From Octopus bimaculoides (taxonomy: Eukaryota): DNA of 64,000 bases. A program made the translations under genes and the position numbers. The stretch lies in contig NC_068998.1 in assembly GCF_001194135.2 (NCBI RefSeq), positions 18,774,037-18,838,036 on the forward strand, given 5' to 3'. Within the stretch, counting starts at the first letter, position 1; every line of letters begins with the position of its first letter. Below, piece by piece: positions 23,931-35,137 of the stretch. The notes beneath the pieces are model-generated. The model was not told where the DNA came from and did not search any database. It saw only the letters and a program-made list of their open reading frames with translations.

Positions 23931-26900
23931 TACTATACTTTTGCACTCAATAATATCTATAATATTTATGAGTGAATTTGGTAGAGAGAAACTGTGAAGA
24001 TGCATATCGTGTGTGTGTGTGTGTGTGTGTATGTGTATATGTGTGTGTGTGTGTATGTGTATGTGTGTGTGTGTGTGTGTGTGTGAATGTGTTTGTGTTG
24101 CATTTGTTTCAGTATCACTACTTGACAACTAGTATTGGTTTGTTTATGTCTCCATAACAGCAGTTTGGCAAAAGAGACTGATAAAATAAATACTAAGTTT
24201 TAAAACAATAGTTACTGGGGGTCAATTTGTTCAAGTAAACCCTTCAAGGTGGTTCATCAGCATGGACACAATCCAATGACCGAAACAAGAAAAAGATATG
24301 TTGAAAGTTTTTCTTCTATAAAGGGCATTTACAATACAAGTCTATTTTTCAGTTATTTAATTCACTGAAATTTCCTCTTGAAATCCTGAAATCTTTGCCC
24401 CATGGAAAAAATTCCTCCAGATTTAGAACTGAACCTTTAAAGTACCAAAATACAAAAATCTCACATCAGATTTTTTTGTGTTTTTCTTTTTACACTTTGA
24501 AAATTTTAATTTTTAAAAATAAGAATTGTTTTAGAAACCAAAATTAAGGAAACGGTTTAAAAACTGAAAACAAGCAAATCAATAAAAAAAAAATGGAAAT
24601 TCAAATCGGAAACAGTAAAAAAGCTTTTCTCTTGCCAGTGTCATATAAATAGCACCTGTGAAATCGTGGTCCTGGCCGTTACCGGTGTCATGTAAATGGC
24701 ACCCGTGCCAGTGGTATGTAAAAAGCACCCATTACACTCTCGGAGTGGTTGGCATTAGGATGGGTATCCAGCTGTAGAAGTCATGCCAAATCAGACCGGA
24801 ACCTAGTGCAGTCTTTGGGTTACCAGTTCCAGTCAAACTGTCAAACCCATGCCAGCATAGAAAGTGGACATTAAATGATGATGATGACATATGCTAAAAT
24901 TTATATTCAACTTTATTGTAGTTTGATTTAGGAGCAATGGTCACAATCATGATCTAACATTTTATAGTTGTATAACTATTGTATCAAAACACTTTTACCA
25001 TTTTATTACATATTTGGATAATTTTTGTGTATATTTTATTTTGGTTCTTCAGGATCTTCAGACAAGTTAAGACTTACCTGAAATCATAGCTTGCCTGAAG
25101 AATCTGTGAAACTCAGAGTAGCTAGAGACCAAAATAAAATGCATTGTCAGCAAGCTGGTAGAATTGTTAGTATGCCGGATAAAATGCTTAGTGATAGTTC
25201 ATGCAATTTTATGTTCTGAGTTAAAATTCCACCAATGTTGACTTTTCCTTTCATCCTTTTGGGATTGATAAAGTAAGTACCTGTTGAGCAAATTTCATGC
25301 TTTGTGCTCATAGTAGTAAGAATTGTTAATCTCTACTATAGAATTGAGCATGTGTATGGTGGGGAAACAATGAGTTTTTACTGCATTTTGAGAAAAAAAA
25401 CAAGTTTTTATAAATGTTTGCTAGCCTACAAAATCTATATCAGCTAAGCAAATGACCTTCTCTAAATGCATTAAAAACATTATAACATAATCTGAATACT
25501 ATTTGAAAAATTATCTCCATTCTCTTTGAGCATGTGAAAAACAAATTTAGCTGGGGTAAAATGAGTAAGACAAGATAAAGTACATTCATCTCTTCAATCC
25601 TCCAGAATTACAGTTGTAAACAGACTCATACACATCAGTATCCATCCTTAGACATCAGAAAGATCAGAAATGCAACAAAAATTTAAAATATCTAGGTCAA
25701 ATGAAAGAGGATCATATAAAAATGGCAGATAATACAAAATTAACAAAACTCGACTAAATCAAAAAACCTCAACAAATTATTCTCTATAGTTTCATCACTA
25801 TCTGCTAGAGTAGCTCTCTTCATGATGTATTTATGTACCATGCAGTTTAAGAGAAGAAATTATTGAAGTTAGTCATTACTTATTTTACCCATTCCAGATA
25901 TCATCTTTTGAAAATTGAAAACTATCAAACTAGACATTAGTGTGGGGGAAAAAATGACTTGGAATCCCACACAGAAAAGAACACCAAAAATATCAGGATA
26001 TTTTATTAACAACCTCAATTACAATCGGGTCAAGCTGAGGCAAAATTTCTTGAAAAAAAATGTACCTGTCACCTGGTTATATTCCAATCTTTTTCTCTTA
26101 ACTTCAACAACAATTATGCTGATTAATTTTTCATTCTAAAGGTGATGCAGCAGTACAAAATAATGATGCAACACTTACAATGTAATGATTTCAAATGTGT
26201 AGGTAAAAAAATAGTGAGAAATTAGAAATTACTAATTTTACCCCAGTTACTAAATTTTGCCCCATCACTCCTACTCCTTTTTTTTTTCTTTCTTTTTTTG
26301 TCAGACAGTTAACATGAGAGGGTCACTGCTTCTGTATCCCAACAGAACAAAATCCTGAGACATCAGGACCTGGCAGTGAACTATCTTTTCCTGTCTGTGA
26401 CTTTTGAGAAGCTTGGGGTGGCTGGGCTGCTAACAGTGCGATTCTTGCCATCGTTGGTAACTCACCAAACTGAGTTGCCAGGTGATGCCCGTGAGGGTGC
26501 TTGACTTTTCCAATGCCTTTGCCTTGCCATCGCCTGTGATAATGCTGTGTTGGCTTGCTTCAGTAGGTTCTGTTGGACCTTGTGGTGTGCGACTAATTGA
26601 GGCACTTGGCTGCATTTAAATTTTTTCTTTCTCCTGTTTTTGGCTTTTTTTTTTTTCGTTTGTATAAATTATACAATAGTTGCACTTAATTTTAAATAAC
26701 AAAATGCATGACAATAAAATAAATTATTATATTAAATATACAACCATATTTTAAGTTAACACTAAATGGATATAATTTATAGGTATATATTCCATCAACT
26801 CTTTAGTGGCGGAAACCTTTCAAAGGGGTTAGCAGAGGACCCAGACTTAGTTGAGTACCACTGGTAACACTTTTGCATATTATAGGTACCGCAGTCAATT

Positions 26901-27020
26901 GTACTAAGGTCTTTCTTGCTTAGTTTTTTTTTTCTATTCGTATGTGAGTGTAGGGGTTTGTGTATCTTAAGGTTACGTTTATACATGAGAACTGGTGATG
27001 AGAAAGACTTATTATTATTG

Positions 27021-27397
27021 TTCAGTAGTTTTATTTTTATAACGTGCTTTCACTTCACTACCGAGCGCAGCTCTGTGCGCCTTGGGTATGTGCTGTGGTT
27101 TGCTGTGATGCTCTTATGGTTACTGTATTGAAAGTGTTTTGCGTAGGATGTGTGCAGTGCCCAGTAGTGCAATTTTCTGTATGTTATATATATTTGTAAG
27201 TCCTGGTGTTTTTGTTATGTATTTGTCTGAATATTCTTTTATTATACCTAAGGCACCTACTATGATAGGAATTGTTTCTGTTTTTAGATTCCACATTCGA
27301 GTTACCTCTATTTCCAGGTCTTTGTATTTTGAAAGTTTCTCCATTTCTTTTACGGAACGTTGTCATCTGCTGGTATTGATACATCAATTAGAAAGCA

Positions 27398-27400
<3 letters not shown>
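27021..27400 (-). mobile_element. R4/Dong-type non-LTR retrotransposon 3' fragment inserted in (TAA)n
   Basis: REL C-terminus EKLSKYKDLEIEVTRMWNLKTETIPIIVGALG...IQKIALLGTAHILRKTL plus 3' UTR. (ATT)n tracts at about 27011-27019 and 27401-27465. Confidence 0.88.
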
Positions 27401-27465
<65 letters not shown>

Positions 27466-27723
27466 GAATTTAAATACAAAAAAATTCGATAGATTAAGTA
27501 AGTTCCAGGATAATTGAATCCTAATGTTGCGAACTGAGAATCTTGATCAAAGATGAAAGATGGTTGTAAATCGGTTTAAAGAGGAAGACGACCGACTGCA
27601 TATATTTTATTATATATATTACATTATATACTTTTAAAAAAGTACTTTTTGATATAGTTTTGCATGCTTATGACAAATATTGTGGTTTTATTATTTTGAT
27701 ATAAAAACTTACAAGCATTTAAA

Positions 27724-27791
27724 GTTGCCATGGCAACTACGGTAGCAAACAGTTTCTACTTCCGCTTGTGACACTGGACTCCTTTGATTGG
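27724..27791. promoter_or_regulatory. Promoter motif cluster: palindromic RFX X-box, ETS-like site and CCAAT box
   Basis: GTTGCCATGGCAAC at 27724-27737 (perfect palindromic X-box), ACTTCCGC at 27758-27765 and GATTGG at 27786-27791, in CpG-containing non-repetitive DNA about 0.9 kb upstream of the nicotinamidase ATG. Confidence 0.6.
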
Positions 27792-28174
27792 CTAAAAAAT
27801 ATATAACTTTAAAAGCTTCCATCTTGTTTATTATTAATTTTTCGATAAAATGAGTGCGATATTCGTCATCAACATGCAAAACTACGTATGTGTGGAAAAT
27901 TTGAAAACAATCCATTGAGAACTGAAAAATCTTCAAGTGGTTGGAAGAAAACGAAAAAGATCCATGTATTTTAAATATGGATAGATAGATAGATAGATAG
28001 AGAGAGAGGTGTGTGTGTGTTATTAAATGCTACTTAACAAGCTATTCTTGATAATGAGTTTAAAGTTCACAGTTGTAAGCCATGGTATGAATATCTTTGT
28101 TGGCATGGTGAGTGAGGACGCACCAATCTAGCTTTATCAATATCTCCCCCTCTTTTTCCTATCTACTCTTCCCG

Positions 28175-28206
<32 letters not shown>

Positions 28207-28630
28207 ACAACATTTGTTATTTCCTTGTTCTTGCTATGTCACTGTTTAACTATTTACGTAACTGGTGGGTTTAGTAGTCGAACGAAGTGATCGGTCTTAG
28301 AAACTAAACAAACCTGCACAATTCATCTGATGATGTATACACGAACCTCTTGATTACTCACTCTGCGCCAGTCTGTCAGCAAGCATTGTTTTAAATTGAG
28401 CACATCGCATATTTTGGCTACTTTCTCTGTTTTGTTAATAACAGAGAGAAAGAAAGAAGTATTAAGAAAATTACAATAAATACATCAGCTTTTAAGTATC
28501 CAACATCCGATGTAACAGAAATTTATATCCATCACTAATATTTATATTGAACTAAGGAAGGAATAACTTTCCGTCTAAAATTATACGTTTCATCAAATAA
28601 TATATTTATCGTTTTTTTTTTTTAACTGAA

Positions 28631-29725
28631 ATGTCTGAAAAGCCTAATGTTATTAGTCATAATAAAAGATTGACTGAGAATTTTCTAGATAAATACAGAC
28701 GGCAGCCAGGGGAAACCCCGAAAGATGAAGTGGATGGTTCGAAAGACTGGTGCTACGACTGTTTCCTTCATTATGATAAAAACAAAGACAGATTTTTGGA
28801 TTTGGATGAATTTACCGAGATGGTTAAGGACATTTTCCCTGAGTCGGACAGCTGTGCAGCTTCTATATCCAGTGAATTGCTAGAACTTTTAGATGAAGAT
28901 GGAGATCATCTGTTGGGTAGGCAGGAAAATCGATGGAAAGTATGGCTAAGCCGAGTAATAAGACCAATTTCTGCTATTTTGATCATAGATGTCCAAAACG
29001 ATTTTATCGACGGAACGTTATCATTAGAGAAATGTCCTGCAGGTCAGGATGGAGCGGATGTCATCCCTGTAATTAACAAACTTATTAAGTCAGTAAAATT
29101 TGATTTGGTGGTATATTCATTGGACTGGCATGATGACAAACATATATCTTTTATCGATAATTTACGTACAAGAACTTTACACTCCAGCTTTACTCGTTCT
29201 CCTGAAGAAATCCAGTTGTATGACAAAGTAATATTTAGCATGCCAACAGCTCAGTCACAGGTACTTTGGCCACGGCATTGTGTCCGGGGAACTTGGGGTG
29301 CCCAATTACATCGAGAATTATATGTCGCGCCGGGTTCAGTGCAGGTATTTAAGGGCACTGACACCGACGTTGACAGCTACTCGGCTTTTTTCGACAACAA
29401 TAGAGCTTCCCAAACACAGCTGTTTTCCATCTTGCAGAGCCACAGCGTGACCGACGTTTATGTCTGTGGAATTGCCTATGACGTGTGTGTTAAGTACACA
29501 GCCTTAGATGCCCTTCATTTGGGCTTTCAGACCTGCCTAATTGACGATGCATCCAAAGGAGTTAAACTGGAAGATATTGAGAAAACTAAAACGGATTTAG
29601 TAGAGAAAGGTTGTTGTTTACTACAATCTCAACAGATTTCCGAAAATTTATCGAAGGCATTCCAGAATACTGACCGCGGACTATGGATTGCTCGGGCACT
29701 TTCCAATGCGCCATGTGTATCGTAA
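28631..29725 (+). CDS. Naam: EF-hand-containing nicotinamidase (pyrazinamidase/nicotinamidase, isochorismatase fold; Naam/pnc-1-like), single coding exon, 364 aa
   Basis: Intact ORF. EF-hand loops DKNKDRFLDLDEF and DEDGDHLLGRQE. Nicotinamidase motifs: IDVQNDF (catalytic Asp), DWH and WPRHC (metal ligands), FKG (catalytic Lys), DSYSAF, GIAYDVCV (catalytic Cys). Insert and C-terminal pattern resemble insect Naam. Confidence 0.95.
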   Translation: MSEKPNVISHNKRLTENFLDKYRRQPGETPKDEVDGSKDWCYDCFLHYDKNKDRFLDLDEFTEMVKDIFPESDSCAASISSELLELLDEDGDHLLGRQENRWKVWLSRVIRPISAILIIDVQNDFIDGTLSLEKCPAGQDGADVIPVINKLIKSVKFDLVVYSLDWHDDKHISFIDNLRTRTLHSSFTRSPEEIQLYDKVIFSMPTAQSQVLWPRHCVRGTWGAQLHRELYVAPGSVQVFKGTDTDVDSYSAFFDNNRASQTQLFSILQSHSVTDVYVCGIAYDVCVKYTALDALHLGFQTCLIDDASKGVKLEDIEKTKTDLVEKGCCLLQSQQISENLSKAFQNTDRGLWIARALSNAPCVS

Positions 29726-29924
29726 CGATATTGCTGGTGAGACTCATTTCAAATTCTCATTTTATCACTTTCACTCTTTATATTCTTCCTTCCTTCTTTC
29801 TCTTTCACACATCTGTTTCTCTCTTTATTAAAATATTCATGTAAGTTTGTCTGTAAAGTTTTCATTCGACTGTTTACAGTTTTGTCGACGGATATTTTAG
29901 TACTTGGACTTATTGATTGTTTAG

Positions 29925-30075
29925 TTCCCCGGTCAATCATGATTGAGCATGATATTTCAATCGTGACAATCCCGTCTTTTAAATCTACGTTATCTGATGT
30001 TGTCTTTCTTTATTTAAGACTAAAAAAAGATATGACTTTAGCCGTTATTTCAAGTAGATGGAACAACCACATGAA
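29925..30075 (+). repeat. Unclassified old dispersed repeat (representative copy)
   Basis: Motif gatcaaagacattccagccgtgac.atcccgtc...tatct...gctatttc.ag recurs in degraded form near 4425-4585, 7420-7600, 21420-21600 and 32995-33150. Confidence 0.5.
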
Positions 30076-30309
30076 AAAGATCCCTTGTCGACTTGTACAT
30101 GTTTGTGTGTGTGTGTGTGTGTGTGTTGTATGTGCGAGTGTGCTCGTTAAGCTTTCAATATGCATTTTTATAACTAAGTTGTGATACTATAATGGTTTGC
30201 TACACGTTTACACACGCATGCATGCCCCCCCCCCCAGTATTGCAGTTAGGTGAGTAATACGCTTCATGCTATTCACGCACCTAGTAACATTAACTATCAT
30301 CATCGGTGT

Positions 30310-30473
30310 CGTCGTAATCGTCTTCCTCCTTTTCATCTTCATTCTCCCCTCCTCCTCCTCCTCATCATCATCATCATCACAACCCATATCACTTTCAACA
30401 CTGCTCACAACCAGTAATCATCATTGCTCACCACGACGACCACCACCACCAGCATCATCATCATCATAATCAT

Positions 30474-30505
<32 letters not shown>

Positions 30506-30560
30506 CGCACCTCACAACCACTACTGCACTCTTGTTACCAACATTTACTATAACAACAAA
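30310..30560 (+). repeat. Compound trinucleotide microsatellites (CCT, CAT, CAC)
   Basis: Seen directly; similar CAC/TAC low-complexity tract at 31080-31420. The window also has many (TA)n, (CA)n, (GA)n, (TATG)n and (TATC)n tracts. Confidence 0.85.
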
Positions 30561-30564
30561 CAAC

Positions 30565-31076
30565 GGTGGAGACGGAGTATATGTAATCTGGGTATACCCC
30601 CCATTTTAAATTTTGTTTTTTTTACGGAATCCTATGTTTCAGACCATGGAGAATCCGATTCTGGAAAATTTTTTTTCAAAAATNNNNNNNNNNNNNNNNN
30701 NNNNNNNNNNNNNNNNNNNNNNNNNNNNNNNNNNNNNNNNNNNNNNNNNNNNNNNNNNNNNNNNNNNNNNNNNNNNNNNNNNNNNNNNNNNNNNNNNNNN
30801 NNNNNNNNNNNNNNNNNNNNNNNNNNNNNNNNNNNNNNNNNNNNNNNNNNNNNNNNNNNNNNNNNNNNNNNNNNNNNNNNNNNNNNNNNNNNNNNNNNNN
30901 NNNNNNNNNNNNNNNNNNNNNNNNNNNNNNNNNNNNNNNNNNNNNNNNNNNNNNNNNNNNNNNNNNNNNNNNNNNNNNNNNNNNNNNNNNNNNNNNNNNN
31001 NNNNTGGGATTCCGTAAAAAAAATTAATTAATAAGGGGGGGGGAAAGGTTCAGATTACATATAGTCCATCTCTACC
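30565..31076. mobile_element. MITE with GG..CC termini and 8-bp TSD (Merlin-like); interior is an N gap
   Basis: GGTGGAGACGGAGTATATGTAATCTG versus CAGATTACATATAGTCCATCTCTACC; CAAACAAC at 30557-30564 and 31077-31084. Confidence 0.75.
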
Positions 31077-31559
31077 CAAACAACCACTACAGCATCAGTT
31101 TCACCGTTCTCATCCCCACCCCCTCCTCACCACGCCTACCACTACCGACGCCACCGCTTTCCCACCACCACGTCCCTAGCCACGACACTCGACTTACAAC
31201 CATCTTTGCAATTACTATAACCACTGTAACCTGTTAGAAACAATAACAATGTATAACCACCCTACTACTACCGCCACAACTATTTCAATCGCTGACACAC
31301 CGTTTATAATACTCCTGTATCCATTCAAACTACTACTACCACCACCACCACCACTGCAACCACCACACTCATTACTACCACCAATACCATCATTACCCTC
31401 CTCCGCCGTAACTACTCTCGTTATCTTCAGTTCTAACAGCAACAGATAAACATCAACATATATTAAAAAGTCATTGCTTCCAAGTTATTAATACTCACGT
31501 TAATATTAATTCATGAAAAATCTATATTTCTCTTCATTTGTTCCGACATCTGGCAGATT

Positions 31560-31937
31560 ATGATGAGGTCTCGATAATACGCGAGGGTTCCAGTCGATCC
31601 GATCAACGGAACAGCATGCTCGTGAAATTAACGTGCAAGTAGCTGAGCACTCCACATACACTTGTACCCTTAACGTAGTTCTCGGGGAGATCCAGCGTGA
31701 CACAGTGTGACAAGGCTGACCCTTTGAATTACAGGCACAACAGAAACAGGAAGTAAGAGTGAGAGAAAGTTGTGGTGAAAGAGTACAGCAGGGTTCGCCA
31801 CCATCCCCTGCCGGAGCCTCGTGGAGCTTTAGGTGTTTTCGCTCAATAAACACTAACAACGCCCGGTCTGGGAATCGAAACCGTGATCCTATGACCGCGA
31901 GTCCGCTGCCCTAACCACTGGGCCATTGCGCCTCCAC
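31560..31937 (-). mobile_element. tRNA-derived SINE, family A
   Basis: Reverse complement of the family A body and head (GGAGGCGCAATGGCCCAGTGGTTAGGGCAGCGGACTCGCGG). Confidence 0.88.
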
Positions 31938-32229
31938 GCTAAAGATTATACTCACTTCTCTTCCGCATTCTGTGTTTAATTAATTCTAATTTATGTCCCG
32001 AGTTGTTTCCCCTACCTTTCCCGATCCGAATTACTCATTTAGGGTAAGTTTTTTTCCTCATTTCCCGAGGGTGTAATTTTAACCAATTAAAATCTGTCAG
32101 CTTATTTCACCAAGTATGTTAAATCAACTCTAATATGAAAAAAACATTGTTTATCGTAAATAGTGCTTATGCTCACTTTAATAAATATAAAGTTATTTAA
32201 CAAAGAGAGCTGTCACTAAGTCGGCTTCA

Positions 32230-32520
32230 GTGGCTTATTCATCCAGCCTTATTCTCCGCCCATTATGCCAGGGGGAGTCGTGGGGTTAGAGTCCTTAGGC
32301 ACCTCCTCCATAGGGTTCGATCAGAAGCAACCGTTATCACACTTTCCTGCTGGATTCTCAAGCGCGACCACCTGAGACTATGAATATTATCCAACCATGT
32401 CATTCTTCGTTTACTCCTTCGTCTCCTGGCGGTTAGCTCTGCTTGAAGAATCCGTCTTGCGACGTTCTAATCACATCTCCATAGCAGCAGAGCTATGCGG
32501 AGAAGTTGGGGCTTCACTTA
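32230..32520 (-). mobile_element. Degraded RTE-like LINE C-terminal fragment (second family)
   Basis: Minus strand ARRRRSKRRMTWLDNI...VASDRTLWRRCL matches the usual GRPR..W.D.I...A.DR..WR end of RTE ORFs. Confidence 0.6.
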
Positions 32521-32549
32521 GGAACTGAGAGAAGAGAGAGAGAGAGAGA

Positions 32550-32790
32550 GAGTTTAATTACTAAGAAGTAACCAAACTTGGTATCAAATTTTGGCACAAG
32601 GCTCGTAAGTTCGGGGGAGGGGATAACTCGATTACATTGACCCCAGTGCTCAACTGGTACTTATTTAATCGACCCCGAAAGAACGGAAGGCAAAGTCGAC
32701 CTCGGTGGAATTTGAACTCAAAACGTAAAGACAAACAAATTGCCGTTAAGCATTTTGCCCGGCGTGCTAACGATTCTGCCAGTTCGCCGT
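32550..32790 (-). mobile_element. SINE family B
   Basis: Reverse complement of the family B head and core. Further copies near 25150-25320, 40360-40550 and 48860-49240. Confidence 0.8.
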
Positions 32791-33295
32791 CCTCAGAAGT
32801 AACCAAATTTCAAATAAATAAATAAATAGATAAATAAATAAATAGATAAATAAAAGCAAAAATATTGATTATTGACATTAATCACAAAATTCGGATAACT
32901 TCTTTCTAATTCTCTTCAGAAGACATTTTTTCCTTCAGCAAAGAAATTCTTTTGTTTAGTATATACTAATATCGGATTTTGTTTATTGTTGTTGTTTAGC
33001 CCAAGGTCGGGTCTCATCGAGCACTCAATATCAAAGACGTTCCAGCCGTGACTATCTAGATCACATTCTCTTTCAAAAGATGATATATATATAGGGTACG
33101 ATTTTGAGGTTGCTAGATTGGCGTATAAACAGAACGTTCTTTAAACTAGGGCAACTTGCTACATTAAAATAATTTTTAAAGATAAGAGTTTTATTGAATT
33201 TCCTACTAAATTATTCATTTCCTTATTCCTACTAAATTATTAATAAGAAAACAATTTATAGGCATTCATATGTATGTATGTATGTATGTATGTAT

Positions 33296-33668
33296 GTTAT
33301 TCTGTTACTTGTTTCAGTCATTTGACTGCGGCCATGCTGGAGCACTGCCTTTAGCCGAACAATTCGAGCCCAGGACTTATTCTTTGTCAGCCTAGTACTT
33401 ATACTATCGGTATCTGTTGCCGAACTGATAAATTACGGGAACGTAAACACACCAACATCGGTTGTGAAGCAATGGTGGTGGGATAAACACAGACACACAT
33501 ACATGTACGACGGGCTTCTTTCAGTTTCCGTCTACTGAATCCACTCACAAGGCTTTGGTCGGCCCGAGGCTATAGTAAAAAAAAAAACACTTGCCCAAGG
33601 TACCACACAGTGGGACCGAACCTGAAACCATGTGGCTGGTTAGCAAGCTACTTACCACACAGCCACTC
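33296..33668 (-). mobile_element. tRNA-derived SINE family C, full length, with internal (CA/TA)n
   Basis: Minus-strand head GTGGCTGTGTGGTAAGTAGCTTGCT...GGTTC.GTCCCACTG; tail ...GCAGTCAAATGACTGAAACAAGTAA. Confidence 0.88.
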
Positions 33669-33840
33669 CTATGTTATTATTTCAAGATTTCTTGCCAATA
33701 GAGAAAGAGCCGGTTTCTAACCTAGATCCAAGGCGCCTTCATTGTATGCATGCATGCATGCATGTATGTATGTAGGTAGGTAGGTAGGTAGGTAGGTATG
33801 TATGTATGTATGTATGTATGTATGTATGTATGTATGTATG

Positions 33841-35137
33841 TCATTATTCAGTTTTGCTTCAAGATTTCTTGTCAATAAAGAGCCGGTTTCTAACCAAGAT
33901 CCAAGGCTCCTTTATTGAAATTTCAACATCAACATGATATTTTTGCATGTATGTATGTATGTATGTATACGTGCAGATTCGCATATTTTGTTTTATGTAT
34001 ATAGTTGTATATATAGTATATAGTCTCATGCATATAGTTGCATATCTAGACACATACTTAAATCATAAACTTCTGGAAAAAGTTTTACAGATTTTTACAG
34101 TTCCGGTGATGGATTGGATCTGTAGTCTTCGAATCAGCTTTCTCCTTTTTGGTTTTGAGAAGCCTAATTTCTCAAGATTGGTATTTAGGCAGTGTGTTAC
34201 ATATCCAAGTNNNNNNNNNNNNNNNNNNNNNNNNNNNNNNNNNNNNNNNNNNNNNNNNNNNNNNNNNNNNNNNNNNNNNNNNNNNNNNNNNNNNNNNNNN
34301 NNNNNNNNNNNNNNNNNNNNNNNNNNNNNNNNNNNNNNNNNNNNNNNNNNNNNNNNNNAAAAGTTTTACAGATTTTTACAGTTCCGGTGATGGATTGGAT
34401 CTGTAGTCTTCGAATCAGCTTTCTCCTTTTTGGTTTTGAGAAGCCTAATTTCTCAAGATTGGTATTTAGGCAGTGTGTTACATATCCAAGTGCCCCCAAT
34501 AATTACAGGTACAAAACCTGAACATGTAATCTAGATAGAGTAACTGCAGATTTCTCAATACTTCTGCGAAAGTATTCTCTTTTTCACTGATCTTCAGCTT
34601 TATGTTAATATCCGCTGGGCAGTTAATTTCTACAACTGTACAGTTTATTTTCTCTATCCCAAATCAATATATCAAGTCTGTTATGCTTACATTTTATTGA
34701 GGTTTTCACTGGGACATTCCACCAGTACTCCTTTTTGAGTGCTATGGCTTTTACCATACTGTGAGTTCTTATTTCTTTGTCCTCGGGTTTATCCTTCCGA
34801 CGGATTTCATTATATAGCATTCTAGCTACACCATATCTCATTGGTAGATTATACCGTGATATGGGTGATATCTTTCATAAAGTCTGCATCGGTTGTCACA
34901 TTTTACTGCTTTTTCTGCATCTCTATCTCTTTTATGCATCAGGTATTTGGTTGATATTTCCTGTACCTGGATTGCAAACGCATACCCTTCAAAGTGGGAG
35001 GTAGTAATCCGGTTATTGGTCCACGATAAACTGCTATAATGATCAATCTTACTATCATCTCGGAGCTTTCTACTAACATATCCATGCATAGTCTTCTGCT
35101 CATATATGCTAATCTTTCCATCTCATCATACGCTGCG
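33841..35137 (-). mobile_element. R4-type (REL endonuclease) LINE, 5'-truncated and frameshifted, flanked by (TATG)n
   Basis: Minus-strand remnants EGYAFAIQVQEI.TKY, CRL, EYWWNVPVKT...KHNRLDILIWD, MGALG, LQIQSITGTVKICKTF. (TATG)n at about 33797-33840 and 35138-35166. Confidence 0.85.

Noticed and set aside
28326-28350. CTGATGA...CGAAC motif upstream of the nicotinamidase
   Set aside because: It lacks the GAAA core and flanking stems; chance match.
28631-29725. Horizontal transfer of a bacterial pncA as the origin of the intronless nicotinamidase
   Set aside because: The N-terminal EF-hands, the internal insert and the C-terminal tail follow the animal Naam pattern, not the short bacterial enzyme.
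34069-34490. Direct duplication of about 140 bp around the N gap
   Set aside because: Identical sequence on both sides of a gap is the usual sign of unmerged overlapping contig ends.
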